DNA from: Neoechinorhynchus agilis
Taxonomy: Eukaryota > Animalia > Acanthocephala
Direction: 5' to 3'
DNA: 64,000 bases
NCBI GenBank assembly: GCA_051530055.1
Contig: CM121343.1
Location: forward strand, 2,822,389-2,886,388
This document shows, in pieces, positions 12,464 to 25,200 of this stretch. The position numbers and the translations under genes are program-made. Each line of letters begins with the position of its first letter. The first letter of the stretch is position 1. The notes beneath the pieces are model-generated. The model searched no databases. It was not told the origin of the DNA and saw only the letters and a list, made by a program, of their open reading frames with translations.

Positions 12464-13455
12464 GACCCCCGGACGGCATTATTTGGGATCACGTCTTGCC
12501 TGGTCACCCACACATCCAGCTAATCATTTCGGCCTCCACTGCATTCGCTTGATGTGATTGGCAGAGGTGTTCCATGTCTCCGCCCATATTACATGGCTGG
12601 CATTATTGCCGTCCTTTCAAGACCAGAGGAACTTTGCTATCACATAAGATCCCAGTTAGGCTTTTCCAATTCACCCATCCGTTATTTATTCTCATTGCAT
12701 ACTTGAATTTGTCGGATTTCCTCAGCTGTGTCTCTTGAAGGAAAATGCTTTCTGTCTCTCCCTGGAATTTTTAGTCCTTGGCTTTCCAGAGTTTCCCTCC
12801 ATTTCTCTAGGTCATTGTTGAGATCCTGGGAATGATCGCTGGAGAGGACGATGTTGTCACCGAAAAGGATGTTCCATGGCGGACCTTTAGTGTTCGGTTT
12901 GCTGATTTCATCAATAGTGACTACAAACAAATAAGGGCTAAAAACTGAACCTTGATGCAATCCCACGTTCACCGAGAAGCTATCCGTATAACCAACTGGC
13001 GTCCTTATATTCACTTTGCTCTGCCTGTACATGTCCTGAATCGCTGTGATATAGGTTTTTGGGGCATAATTTTCTTCGTAGACAGTTCCATTACCAGTTT
13101 TCGTGGGACAGAGTCATAGGCTTTTTCGAAATCGATGAACATGCTGTGTATTTCTCTTCGTTTTTCACATCATTTCTTATATAACTGGCGCAACGCAAAT
13201 ACAGCTTCGGTAATACTTCCACCAGGCATAAATCCTCTCTGCTCCTCTGATATGGACATTTCGCTCCAGCTTCATCGTGTGGCTTAACAATTTGATTCCT
13301 GGATGGATTGAACAAGCTCTGACATCTCCTCTCTGTTTGTATATCAGTACCAATGTGCTCTGCATCCATTCGTACCGATATACAAAGAGAGGAGATGTCA
13401 GAGCTTGTTCAAAAAGAATATCCTCGAAAATTTTAAGATGATTAGAAGCATCCAT
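12410..13455 (-). mobile_element. Degenerate RTE-clade LINE remnant (RT domain and thumb)
   Basis: Fragments LIYKQRGDVRAC...GIKLLSHTMKLER, VGLHQGSVFSPYLF, LFGDNIVL, LEKWRETLESQGLKI and VTRQDVIPNNAVRG.AKV...KW, broken by frameshifts. Confidence 0.85.
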
Positions 13456-14673
13456 ATTTCCTTTTACAATGGGTCAATTATACTTTAAACACGTCTATTT
13501 ATTAAAACTTTTTTTTTACTTTTTTTTTATTTTTTGGGAAACTTGGAACTCTCCTTGCTGACTCAGTCGTCAGGATCGCAGTATCCTTGAGATTAAGTCT
13601 ACCAGAAAAAATCTACCGTTGAAGATTAGTGGCAGTCACTTTTAAAATTGTTGTGTATAAATCTTTTAATCAGTGATCTCTAATGTGTCCTAATCAGCTG
13701 CAAAAATATTCATTAATATTGGCAAAATTCTTCTTATATAATAAAATTGTCGACTTGAGATAGATATAAAAACGGACAATGATCGTATCGCGAGATGACT
13801 TTGAGGACGTTTGTTATGGAGCTGCCTTCAATCACTCTAAAAATTACAAACATTTTTGCCCATGCCACGACTTTGTTAGTGGAAAAAATATATTTTTTAT
13901 TCAAAAGCAAACGGTTGAAGTAATCCCAATGTACACATTTCCTTGTCGAGCATCAGAGTTAATCTTGGGATTAATCGGATGCATTCAAAATATAGCTTTT
14001 TTGCTTGCTATATTGGAAATAAATTATTTATTGATTCACAAAGAACACTTCCATCACAAAAAATGTGGCCAAAGGAAATAAACATTTCCAAAATTGCGAT
14101 ACGATACAACTTTTGCTTGTCAACACTTGAGATTATTTCAGATTCCAACTGAGAGAATATTTTAGAGGAATGAGGTCAAAGTATTACCACTACCGATGAT
14201 TTGCTGTGTTAAAATCGTTCGGAAAACAATGGGAAATGAGAATCTTACTCAAGAAATACAAATGGCGATTAATTACACCAAAATCGACAATTGACTCTGG
14301 TTGCAGGGGACGATTATACTTTGAACAAAGACAACATCATCGTTCGAATATTATTTTAACCTTTGATCGATTGAGCGGTTACTTTTAAAGGATTTTAAAG
14401 ATGAACGCAGTGATTGGCCACAGATTTGAGATATCAGCTGTAAAATACGTATTAAGGAATAACGTCTACGAGAATATCAGAGCTGGTATTAAAGAAATGT
14501 TATTTATGTCTTTACCCAGGAAAAAAAATTTCTAATCGTATACCCTGAACCTGCTCACTTATCGACTTTTCGGTTTTAAAGAGCTTTTTAATCAGAGATT
14601 TGTGACTTGTGGTTATGCTCGAAGTAAACTGGAAAGGATTACGGAGATTGTTTGAAGATTGAATTATTCGCAT

Positions 14674-14850
14674 TGGTTGTTTTCTGGCGTAGAAATTAAA
14701 ATGATTTTATTTTTAAAATCCGATATTTCGGCACAATTTTGTGCCTTTATTATGGTTGTTAAGGTGTTTTATTCGCACTCACAATATTGTGCCGAAGTAT
14801 CGGATTTTAAAAATAAAAGTATTTCAATTTCTACGCCAGAAAACAACCAT
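14674..14850. mobile_element. Fold-back repeat, family B
   Basis: Inverted arms ggttgttttctggcgtagaaatt...ccgatatttcggcacaa / ttgtgccgaagtatcgg...tctacgccagaaaacaacc. Related copies at ~18365-18575, ~27100-27200 and ~54985-55365. Confidence 0.75.
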
Positions 14851-15332
14851 TACGAAGCTTATTTTGAACAATTACGTGAACAATTAGATATTGAACCACA
14901 TGGAGATTTGAAGTTCCTTAGCCAACGATAGTGAAGAAAATGAAAAACAACTTGAAGAAGTAATTTGAAAATTATTACGTTTCACTGAAGTCTAAAATCA
15001 ATTATTGAGCACTGTGAAGTGTTCATAGCAATCACTATTGACGGTATGGAGGTTTATGTCGTTCTCCAATTTAATGGCAAAGTCCAACAAAAATTTTAAG
15101 CCCATTAACTTTGTGTCACTACTTGAACATTTACGACCGGAGCCCACGTTTAAATTTCATAAACGCGACTCTAAAAATGCCGGTAAATATGATTTAGTTT
15201 CTCAATAAATCGTGTATTTCAATGTACGTTCGCAATATGCTGCCTACATAAAACGTTATTTATTTTATTAATCCTTACAGTCAGACATACGCATGGTTAT
15301 GTTCTTCAGATTGATTTGATTGGTCTTTACGA

Positions 15333-15553
15333 CATCTTCTTTTTTGGCCTTTCGGCTATATTCCTTTGGGGGAATTTCGGCTAACTCACACAGATCGGAG
15401 GCGCTCAGCCTCACTCGAAGGGACAGGGCCAACCCTCCTTTTGGGGCCGATGGGCCATCTCAAACCTGACCCCCACCCTTCCAGCAGCCTCGCACACCCG
15501 TGGAACCCAGCGAGCGCATTATGAACGCGCACATCATACGGCCACTAGGCCCC
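15333..15553 (-). mobile_element. Possible tRNA(Met)-derived SINE or structured ncRNA
   Basis: GC-rich island. On - there is a 5-bp stem with a TT-CAT-AA loop (15514-15530), degenerate A/B-box-like words and an A-rich tail. No complete cloverleaf. Confidence 0.3.
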
Positions 15554-15642
15554 ACAAAACGTATAACACCGCAATACACCTTTATACTGCTACAAAATTG
15601 TTCAAATATTATACTCCGCATCGAATAAAAGTTGTAAAGTCG

Positions 15643-17998
15643 ATGTTTTATTTATTACCGAAGTAAGCCGGAACTAGCGTAAGATGCTTTCAAAATTTCG
15701 AATAGATTACTGCTGGTGTCCATCTTGATTTCAATTGCACTAGAAACTGAAAGTCCGTTTATCGATCTGGGAGTGAAATTTGAAGCTGAGAAATATCTAT
15801 TTTGTTTGGCAAGTTTATTGCGGCGTGGTGGATATAGAATACGTTTTTTTGGTTATGTAAGTAAACGCAAACAAAAATTTGTGATTCATGAGCATTCTCT
15901 AGGTTCCACAGTTTGACATTTTTCACATTAGAATTTATACCAACGATTTACCACCGATTAAACGGCTCTCAAAAAGATCGGTGAGGACTGTATCGGATGT
16001 TCTCAACGTTTGTTCCATTAACCACAGCCATGTTCACATTTTTGAACCTCTTATAAGAAGTAAACGCGGTCCACACGCTGATAAGCCCCTCGGGTTGCCA
16101 TGTGAAGGAGCACTTTCCATTCAAAGAACATTTGACCTCAATATTCCTGAGAAAATCGATCGACATTCACGCTTTGCTGCTATGGATCAACATAACGTTT
16201 CGTTCAATGACCCACTGTTCAAGTGGGAGTGGTTTTGTGTAAGTATTGAGGATTTATTAGACAGCTAAATATAGTGATTATAGTCTAAAATTGAAGATGG
16301 TGGTTCAAATGTGATAGATGGCTGGAAAAGAGGATTTTCTGGGCGTGGAGTATCCATCTGCATAATCGATGATGGACTCGATCATAAACATGATGATCTA
16401 TCCAGTAGATATGTATGAATATAGTATCGCCGCTTAGATCTTTTAAATTTCAATGTAGCGACCAGACCTAAGCTTTGACTTCAATGATCCAGATGATCCA
16501 CTTCATGATCCCATGCCGTCCACTTTTGATGGAGTGAACAGGTTAGCAATCCATTTGGAAAATACTTAGCTTTTTACTATAAAAGAGTTTCAGTCACGGC
16601 ACTAGGTGCGCTGGACTGGCTGTTGCTGAAGCGAACAATGGTGTATGTGGTGTTGGAGTTGCCTACCGAGCGGACATAGCAGGTTTGAAGTTCGTCTTCT
16701 CCATCTCGGATTACTGGTATAGCACAATATTTAGGACACCGTATTTTAGACGGCGTGATAACTGGAATGACTGAAGGAAAGTCATTCGACTATAAGAATG
16801 AAGATACGTTTATAAAAAGTTTATCTTGGGGTCCTAATGATGACGGGAAAAGTATGGAAAGGCCTGGTATATTGGCAAGTCATGCCTTAGCGACCGGCGT
16901 TCGTCTTGGACGCAATGGTCGCGGAACCATTTTTGTTTGGGCGTCCGGAAATGGCGGATACCTGCACGATCATTGCGGAGCGGACGCATATGTCAGCAAT
17001 CAGAATGTTCTTGCTATCGGCTCAGTAAATCGGGACGGGCAATTGCCTTATTTTACGGAATATTGTCCTTCTGTCTTGGCCGTCGTTCCTAGTGGAGGAA
17101 TGTCGTGCAATATGACTTCGATAGAGGTATGTTCCGCAAGGTGATTGTAATCAATTTTGATTTGTAGCCGTTTAGAATGCGATATTAGGGTGTGTTACAA
17201 CCGATGTTAACAATAAATGTTCAATGGACTTCATCGGAACATCAGCGTCGGCTCCACTAGCTGCTGGTATCATTGCACTTGTTATTGAAGCCAATCCAAA
17301 TTTGACCCATAGAGATGTGATGCATATAATAACTCGAACTTCGCAAGCTCCTCGCTACAGAGCCGATGAAACTTGGAAGATCAATGGGGCAGGTTTTCTT
17401 GTTAGCGACTTGTACGGATTCGGGGTGATGGACGCAGGTAGAATGATTGATGAGGCACTGAGGTGGAATAACACGGAACCTAGAGCATACTGTGATATTG
17501 GCCATGTCGAACATAATAAGGATGGGCTTTTGATCCCTGGTAAAACGTTTGTTTCAACAATTTTGTTCAATCCGGATGCATCGAGTGAAATCCAAGTTGG
17601 CGCAATTGAACATACTGTCGCTTATTGACTCACAATCTCAAAATGATTTCCGATGCTGAGATCGTGTGTTGTACGTAACTCTTCAGTACCCTTGGCGTGG
17701 TGATATAAAAATCATGCTAATGTCACCCAGTGGAACGGTCTCAACCTTACTAGACTACCGGCCGCTGGATGACAGCAAAGAAGAGATCCCATTTTTTCCA
17801 TTCATGACAACTCACTGCTGGGGAGAAAGTCCGTTGGGTGAGTGGAAGCTCTCAGTCATACCCAAAAACAATACTAACTCGTCTTGGTTTGGCCACTTTA
17901 AATCGTTTGGAATTAGAGTTTATGGAACCCAAACCTCAAAGATATTTACAAAACGCCAGTCGTTTTCCATTCGATCATCGTTTTTACCTATGACTTGA
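15643..17998 (+). CDS. Subtilisin-like proprotein convertase, furin/PC1 type (signal peptide, prodomain, S8 catalytic domain, P domain; no Cys-rich or TM tail)
   Basis: Spliced model MFYLLPK|LLLVSILISIA...; RSKR cleavage site; catalytic IIDDG, HGTRCAG, GTSASAP; oxyanion WASGNGG; P-domain WRGD...SPSGT. Seven short GT-AG introns plus one problematic junction at ~17612-17665. Confidence 0.92.
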
Positions 17999-18364
17999 AC
18001 TGTCATGTAGACATTTTATGCAAACAATAGTTAATTTTTGAGCTTGTAATTGGGTTTTTGAGTGTGCGGGGTCGTCGAAGCAACCCTGAGCACTAGCAGG
18101 AGTCTATTAATTTATTGGACTGCTGAGCGGTTCATTAGATCATTAAAAACCAATTCGCTTCATTCCATGATGAAATCTATACATGTATTAAAGAATATAT
18201 CTTTTAAATCGATGCATCAAGTTTGTCTCTTATACTCGTGTTGATCTTGTGCTACTTTTTAGTTGAGTATTTCGACCATTCTAACGACGTAACCTCTGGA
18301 CCATTTCGCCACTTTTCGGCGATCATGATGCAATGTATGAACACTAAAGCTGTTTGAAGATTGA

Positions 18365-18575
18365 AGTATTCATGCTGTTATATGGCGGAAATTTTAAAAG
18401 AATTGATTAAATCCAATATTTCAGAGCCACAATCTTGTACATCTTTGAAGTGTTTTTATTCGCAAACAACCTTGATAAACGTGTACAAGATTGTGATCGG
18501 TTTTAATAGAATTCCATTAATTTTCCGCCATAAACCAGCACGAATATTAAAGCATTTAGTAAACTCAAATCCGTG
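18365..18575. mobile_element. Fold-back repeat intermediate between family B and the 161-bp satellite
   Basis: Has satellite-type outer arms (tatggcggaaatt...ccaatatttcagagccacaatcttgtac) and the family-B core (aaccttgataaacgtgtacaagattgtg). Confidence 0.7.
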
Positions 18576-19187
18576 ATTTCTGATTCATCCACTAATTGTC
18601 AAAACGAAAAACCGATGCGGTTATTAACTCTGATGGTTGATTCAAGAGAGAAAGTTTAAAACGTCGGCAATATTTAGCCCCGTGGAGGTCTTGTGACCAA
18701 CAATACAGCCGAAATTGTTTTAAAACTTCACATTACACGGTAGTTGGTGTCTTAAGATGGCTTTATGATCTATAAAAGTCAAGTGTGATTATAGTGGATC
18801 AGGTATTCGTTTCTTGGAAAAGAGTATGGAAAACTCGATCATTTGTTGTCGAGTGGTTCCTCTGGCGTTGCAAATGCTATTGACACGAGCATGTCTAAAG
18901 AACCGTGGCGTTTCGCTTCGAGTTAGTTTCACTATAAGCATACACTCCTAATCGATAGAGTTTCTTGGTGGTAGTCGCACAGTTTCCCAAATGAGTCATG
19001 TAGACATTTAGTAGAGCGAGGTGTGCCCTCGTCGGCGCCCTGTGCATTATATGCCTCTAGTCTTCTCGCTAATTTGGGCGTGTACTCATGGTTGCGAATC
19101 TTTGAATGAATACGCCTGCACAGGGTCAACCAACGATTGCTTCCCTTGTCTTAAAGCATCCAGTCTCATTCAAGCATCGACTCTAAG

Positions 19188-20143
19188 ATGTATCCCGCAC
19201 CCCCTCCAACGCTCAAGCCTCACGGTGCAAATAGTCGCAGGGCTATCAGCACCACCACCACCAACACCAGCAGCAGCAGCAGCGGCGCCGCTTCCAGTGC
19301 TAGTACGTCCAGCTCTGGCTCAAGTCCGTCGTCAACGTTGGAATCGAACAATTCATCCAGGTCTGGATCTTTGTACCGCCATCAATCAATGAAAAATCCT
19401 CTTTAGTCATCGAAAAAAACGAGAAGTCGTTAGGAAGAAAAACTCATATGAAGGAGACAATGGGTACGTACAAATGTGATTTATTTGCTAACTTAAACAA
19501 TCGTCATTCATCTATCAGACCGTTGAAAAGGTCTGGAACTCTTCAATCGTCTTCTTCATCGGAATCACTCGGCTCCTATGAGTACTGCGGACGACTTGTT
19601 GTCGTGAAACGAAAACCGCCTATTTTATTCGAGACCGACCGGTTCAGTCGATACGGCGACTACTCGCATTATATAAGCAACGGATCGTCTATTTTATCAA
19701 GGTCGAGATCACATAGCTTTTCAGCCCCTTCCTATGGACGTCATTCAAAAGTATGTGGCAATGGAGCTTATTATGATACCGGAGATATTGAGGACTATTG
19801 CTCGACCAGCCGGTCCGGTGTTATTAGAAATTACAATGACTATGAAGGCGACGTGAGGTTATTAGGACACCGAGACAAACCAATTCGTGGGGAGTTAGTG
19901 TACGATTCGGGGTATTATCGTGTCACCGACCCTGAATACCGCTCACCTCGATTGAACGATATTCTTGAGGTCAAGGAAAGCAAATGGAGCAGTCAACGTG
20001 CCACATCTAGATACTTAAGTGATGACTACGACGTAAGCTTTTCGCTATTATAACTTCATCCCTAATTTTTGAACATTTAGGAAGGTCCTGGGTACTTTGA
20101 GCGGGAATTATCGAGGAGCCTTAGATCGAGTTTTGCTTGCTAA
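19188..20143 (+). CDS. Hypothetical Ser/Arg/Tyr-rich low-complexity protein (spliced; 5' end uncertain)
   Basis: GT-AG introns 19361-19406, 19464-19518 and 20033-20080 join the ORFs in frame and end at ...SFAC*. No family recognised. Confidence 0.55.
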
Positions 20144-20369
20144 ACCTTATCTTGCATATCTAAGCATCCAATAAAAGCAGGAACTCTAAATGTGCTCAAA
20201 CGGATTACTCGCTTTCATCGGGTTGTCAATTTTGACCAAAGTGCTTCTTGCTGAATAAAAGTAGATTTTAGAGGGCGGATTTCGAACTCCGTCAATTTAT
20301 AGTAAGCAATTCTCTGATTCAATTTGAATAATGCTTTTTGTGGCGTAAAAATTAAAGGAATTCATTAAA

Positions 20370-21915
20370 TCCGATATTTGAGAGCTGCAATCATGTACGT
20401 CTGCCGAAATATTGGATTTAATAGAATTCAATTAATTTTTCTGCCATAAACAAGCATGAATAGTTCAATCGTCCACCCATTTGAATAATGCATGTTTATG
20501 GCGTAAAATATCAAGGAATTCATTAAATAGCGCAAAATAGTGCCGAAATATCGGATTTAATTAATTCTTTTATTGCACTCGATGGTGTAGACACCCGAGA
20601 GGGATCACTCAAAAAGATCTCACACATTTAAAAAAGTACAAGCAATTGAATTGATAATGAGTGATTCAATCAGTCGAAATATATTCTTGTTTAATGATCG
20701 CCCTCGGGTGTCTACAAGCGACCTAAATATTGGATTTAACAATTTCCTTTAATTTTTCCACCTTCACCCATTCGAATAATGCTTGTTTATGGCGAAAAAA
20801 TTAAACGAATTCTATTGAATCCGATATTTCAGAGCTGCAATCTTGTACGTCTTTGCCGAAATATTGGATTTAATAGAATTCCTTTAATTTTTCTGCCATA
20901 AACAAGCAAGAATAGTTCAATCTCCCTCCACCATTTGAATAATGTTTGTTTATGGCATAAAAATTTGATTAATTTTGGTTAAATCCGTTATTTCAGAGCT
21001 ACAATCTTGTACGTCTTTGCCGAAATATTGGATTTAATAGAATATTTTTGAAATTTCCGCCATAAAAGTATGAATAGTTAAATTTCCCCCCATTTGAATA
21101 ATGTTTGTTTATGGCGTAAAAATTAAACGAATTCTATTGAATCCGATATTTCAGAGCTACAATCTTGTACGTCTTTGCCGAAATATTGGATTTAATAGAA
21201 TTCCTTTAATTTTTCTGCCATAAACAAGCCTGAATAGTTCAATCTCCCCCCCCATTTTAATAATGTTTGTTTATGGCGTAAAAATTTAATTAATTTTGGT
21301 TAAATCCGTTATTTCAGAGCTACAATCTTGTACGTCTTTGCCGAAATATTGGATTTAATAGAATATTTTTAAAATTTCCGGCATAAAAGTATGAATAGTT
21401 AAATCTTCCACCCATTTGAATAATATTTGTCTATGGCGTAAAAATTAAATTAATTTTGGTTAAATCCGAGATTAATTTACAACGTTTATAAAGACGTACA
21501 AGATTGTGGCTCTGAAATATTGGATTTAACCAAAATTCCTTTAATTTTTCCGCCATAAACAAGCATGAATAGTTCAATCCCCCCCCATTTGAATAATGCT
21601 TGTTTATGGCGTAAAATTAAACGAATTCTATTGAATCCGATATTTCAGAGCTACAATCTTGTACGTCTTTGCCGAAATATTGGATTTAATAGAATTCCTT
21701 TAATTTTTCTGCCATAAACAAGCATGAATAGTTTAATCTCCCCTCCCCCATTTGAATAATGTTTGTTTATGGCGTAAAAATTAAACGAATTCTATTGAAT
21801 CCGATATTTCAGAGCTACAATCTTGTACGTCTTTGCCGAAATATTGGATTTAATTGAATTCCTTTAATTTTTCTGTCATAAACAAGCATGAATAGTTCAA
21901 TCTCCCCCCCATTTG
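20370..21915. repeat. ~161-bp tandem satellite whose unit is made of two hairpins, with alternating A/B variants
   Basis: ccgatatttc recurs at 20821, 20985, 21143, 21306, 21637 and 21801. Each unit has ccgatatttc/gaaatattgg and gccataaacaagc/gcttgtttatggc inverted pairs. A different fold-back interrupts the array at ~20585-20720. Confidence 0.9.
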
Positions 21916-22231
21916 AATACTGCAAGCTACAAAAAGTGTTAATAGACAATGAACGGTTCAAACTCGGTTGTATTCAGTCGGACAAAAACGTTTCCTCCAC
22001 CCTCGTCACTCTGCATAAAAGTCTGCCATTACTTGTGTGCGTGCTCTCTAATCACAGTCAGCGAATTCTGCACTGCCTGTGCGAATGATGGAAGTCGGAA
22101 TAATCATCGGGTTCCCCGTATTCTGGTTGCGTAAAGGGGGTTTTGCGTACCTCTGGCAACAGATGATATTCCTACTCTCAAAATGTTCAACGCCCGCGTT
22201 TTAAGTAGTAAAAATTTTGTGGTTGTTAGAG

Positions 22232-25200
22232 ATGCAACTATTACTCGTTGTTTCTTTGCTCATAAATACAGTCCAAGGCTTAGTCGAAGAATTATACTGC
22301 GGAAACGAAAACTGCTATGACGGTCTAGGAAACCAGAAAGTTCTTACCATTAAATCCACCTATTTTTAGTACTAGGAGTACCAAGAAATGCAACAAAGGT
22401 AACTGGTCCATCGATAAATCTAGTCGATATTATTTAGTAAAAAGTCTTTAATTTCAAGAACCTTCCGGAAATTAGTTCAAACTACACATCCTGACCGAGC
22501 GAAATCCGAAGAGGTACGCATATTTTGCCCCTGTTCCGCTCTGGTAATCTCTAACATTAAGGAGCGATATAAACTAACTCATAAGTTCCAACGTTTCAAC
22601 AAAGCTTACGAGACCCTCAAAAACGATAAGTTTCGATCAGACTATGACTCGTACCTTGAGGATCCTTCTGCTTATTATACTTCTTATTACCGGTTGTGCC
22701 AGTCAACAAGAATATTTTGAGAATCATTTATTTAGGTATCATCGGCGGCGCTTGGTCCCTCTACTTGATTTGAAAGCTGTAATTCTTGGAATCATCGCCG
22801 TTATGACCATCATACAGGCATGTCATTTCCGCAATCAATTAACTAGCTTATTTTATTATAGCATTACGTACAACATTCAAATTACAATTATAAAATCAGG
22901 AATTTATCCGCAATACCAAAGTACAGACATCAGGTTTTGACCTAAAGATATTATATAGTCTTACTTTATACATCAGGCGATATAAGAGTGTCTTTTTCGA
23001 AAAAAAAGCTATTTACCAATCTTGACGAATCCCTTTTTAAAAAATCATACCGCTCTTAACCTGAATTAATCAAATAATCTATGAAACTAGCACTTTAGTT
23101 GTTGAAATTTATGAGATCCCTTTTACATTTAAAGTTACATTTAGGTGATATTTGAAGGCTTGTTTGCGTCCTGTCATTCATGAATATGTTATAATTATAT
23201 TCGCTTTTAAACGTATTCCTCACATGCTAAACCGTCTTTCAAATTAAAAGCATATTAGCGACTGAATCTTCTTAAATCCCAAAAATGCGATTTTTGCACT
23301 ATCTTCTTTGTTGCTCACTGAAATAATAATTTATTACGGACATACGTGATCCTGATCTAATTTACCCTTTCGAGTAATCCAGCTTTTTTTCTGGTTGCTT
23401 GAGAAATGAGGCATTTTTAGTGGGACCTCACCTTGTTCGGGTGAACGACCGTGACTAAAAAAGGTTAGGGATGGAATAGCTCATGTTTTCCAAATTTGGA
23501 ATTGCTTTTTATAATTCAATTGTAATTTCAATGCTCTTATGCAGTAGCGTTTGGCTAATTTTAAGATCTTTTTGTGTCGTTTAGCATTTATTTTTTCGTT
23601 TAGTTCCGAGTTAATTTTTTTATTTTGTTAAAACTATTATCGACTGCGTTATCTTGGTCTAAAATAGGCAGAAATTTATTTCTTATTATTGACTTGATTT
23701 TCTTATTTATATAGCTGCTATGAGCCACGACCATCACTTTCGTTCTGTTGGGGGTTCAGATGAAGACCCATCATTGAAGATTGCCTAATGATAAAACCTA
23801 AGAGTTCTTTTAATAAAACTGTAATTTCCCAAGCATTATTTGTAAAAGAATAGCACTAATATCATCCGCATAGATAACCGTTTTTATACAATTTTTTGTT
23901 CATTGTAGCCGTAAATTACATGGCAATTGAAAAACGAATAGGAGATAATGGAGACCCTCGAGGTAGACCTTTTTTCGGGTAAAATATTTTGTGTCCATCA
24001 TCGTCCTCAAAATAAAATGATTTTGTTGTTAAAATGTCCTTTACGCTGACCACAATTTCTTGGGGAAAGTTAAAAAAAGGACATATAGTCAATTAAAAAT
24101 TGAAGATCAATGTTTTCGTATGCTGCAGAAAAATCAAAAGAAATAAGACATATTTAAAATTATTGTAAACTAAAGCATTATAAATATATTTGGAAGCCGA
24201 TAAAACAGACCTACCTTATAAAAAAACCCGTAGTAATTATAATTAATGATATCTTTCTTTACGAAGAATTCCACCAGTCCATTAGTAATAACTTTTCATA
24301 CAGAGATACTAACAAATTCTGGATCGAGATAAGTCTAAGATCTGACACAGAGTTTACACCTATTTTCTTCGCTTTCACCGGCATGATTCTGCGTGGGAGA
24401 TTAATATGCATCCAGTCTTCCCTGAATGCTCTTAGAATACAATTAGAAGTCTGATAGAAGGTTCCACAAACCATAGGCATTTACTGAGGACACTAAAGTT
24501 GTTAGAAGATAACTTTATCATGTTATACCAAGACTTCAAAATATCCTCGGTGTGTAGGTGCAATATTAGTAGAGTCAACTAATCATCAGAAGTTAGCTTC
24601 CCAATTATTTCGTCCAACACTAGATTGGAAGATGAGGACCTAAACCTAATAAACTTTGTTCTCTTCAGAATGTGCCAGAAGGATTTCGTTGAAGCTGAGA
24701 GATTACAGTAAAATGCCAAATATAGGTTGGAATTGACGGCCCAATATTTATCAAACCATAACCTCTTCGTATGAGTATCCAATTATAAGTTGGTTTTTCT
24801 GATTTAGAAATTTTCCCCCGACTTGAATAATTCGGAACAGAGAAAAACTTATTTGAGAGTATAAAAAGTAAAGAATTCCAGTCCTGTAAGCTCTGGTACC
24901 GCTGTAGTTAAATGCTTCATTGCAAAATTGAAAAAGGTCACATTAATAGGTAAAAAATGGAATTTACGAGAAAAGGAGTCATTTGAAATACGCCAGATTA
25001 TTATATCGCTTGACAATGGTAGAATTACCTTGCCGGTTGACGGAGACAAAACTTCCGTCCAACCATTATTTGAAATGCAATGAAAAGTAGGTTGGCTGGG
25101 GAATAAAAACATGCAAGTTTCCTCTATATTAGTAATGACTTTTGTCCATTTTCCTGAGGGATCATTGAAATCCCCGAATAAAAAGATATCGCCTAAACTA

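Noticed and set aside
15334-15360. U2 snRNA 5' end (GGCCTTTCGGCTA)
   Set aside because: The branch-point pairing sequence GTGTAGTA is absent.
15300-15553. RNase P or SRP RNA on the - strand
   Set aside because: Only loose resemblance to CR-I or helix 6; no CR-II/III, no P1, no SRP helix 8.
23911-23961. DNAJC25 exon needing a non-canonical junction
   Set aside because: A far better, canonical exon (AEVIAKKQGLL) exists at 25837.
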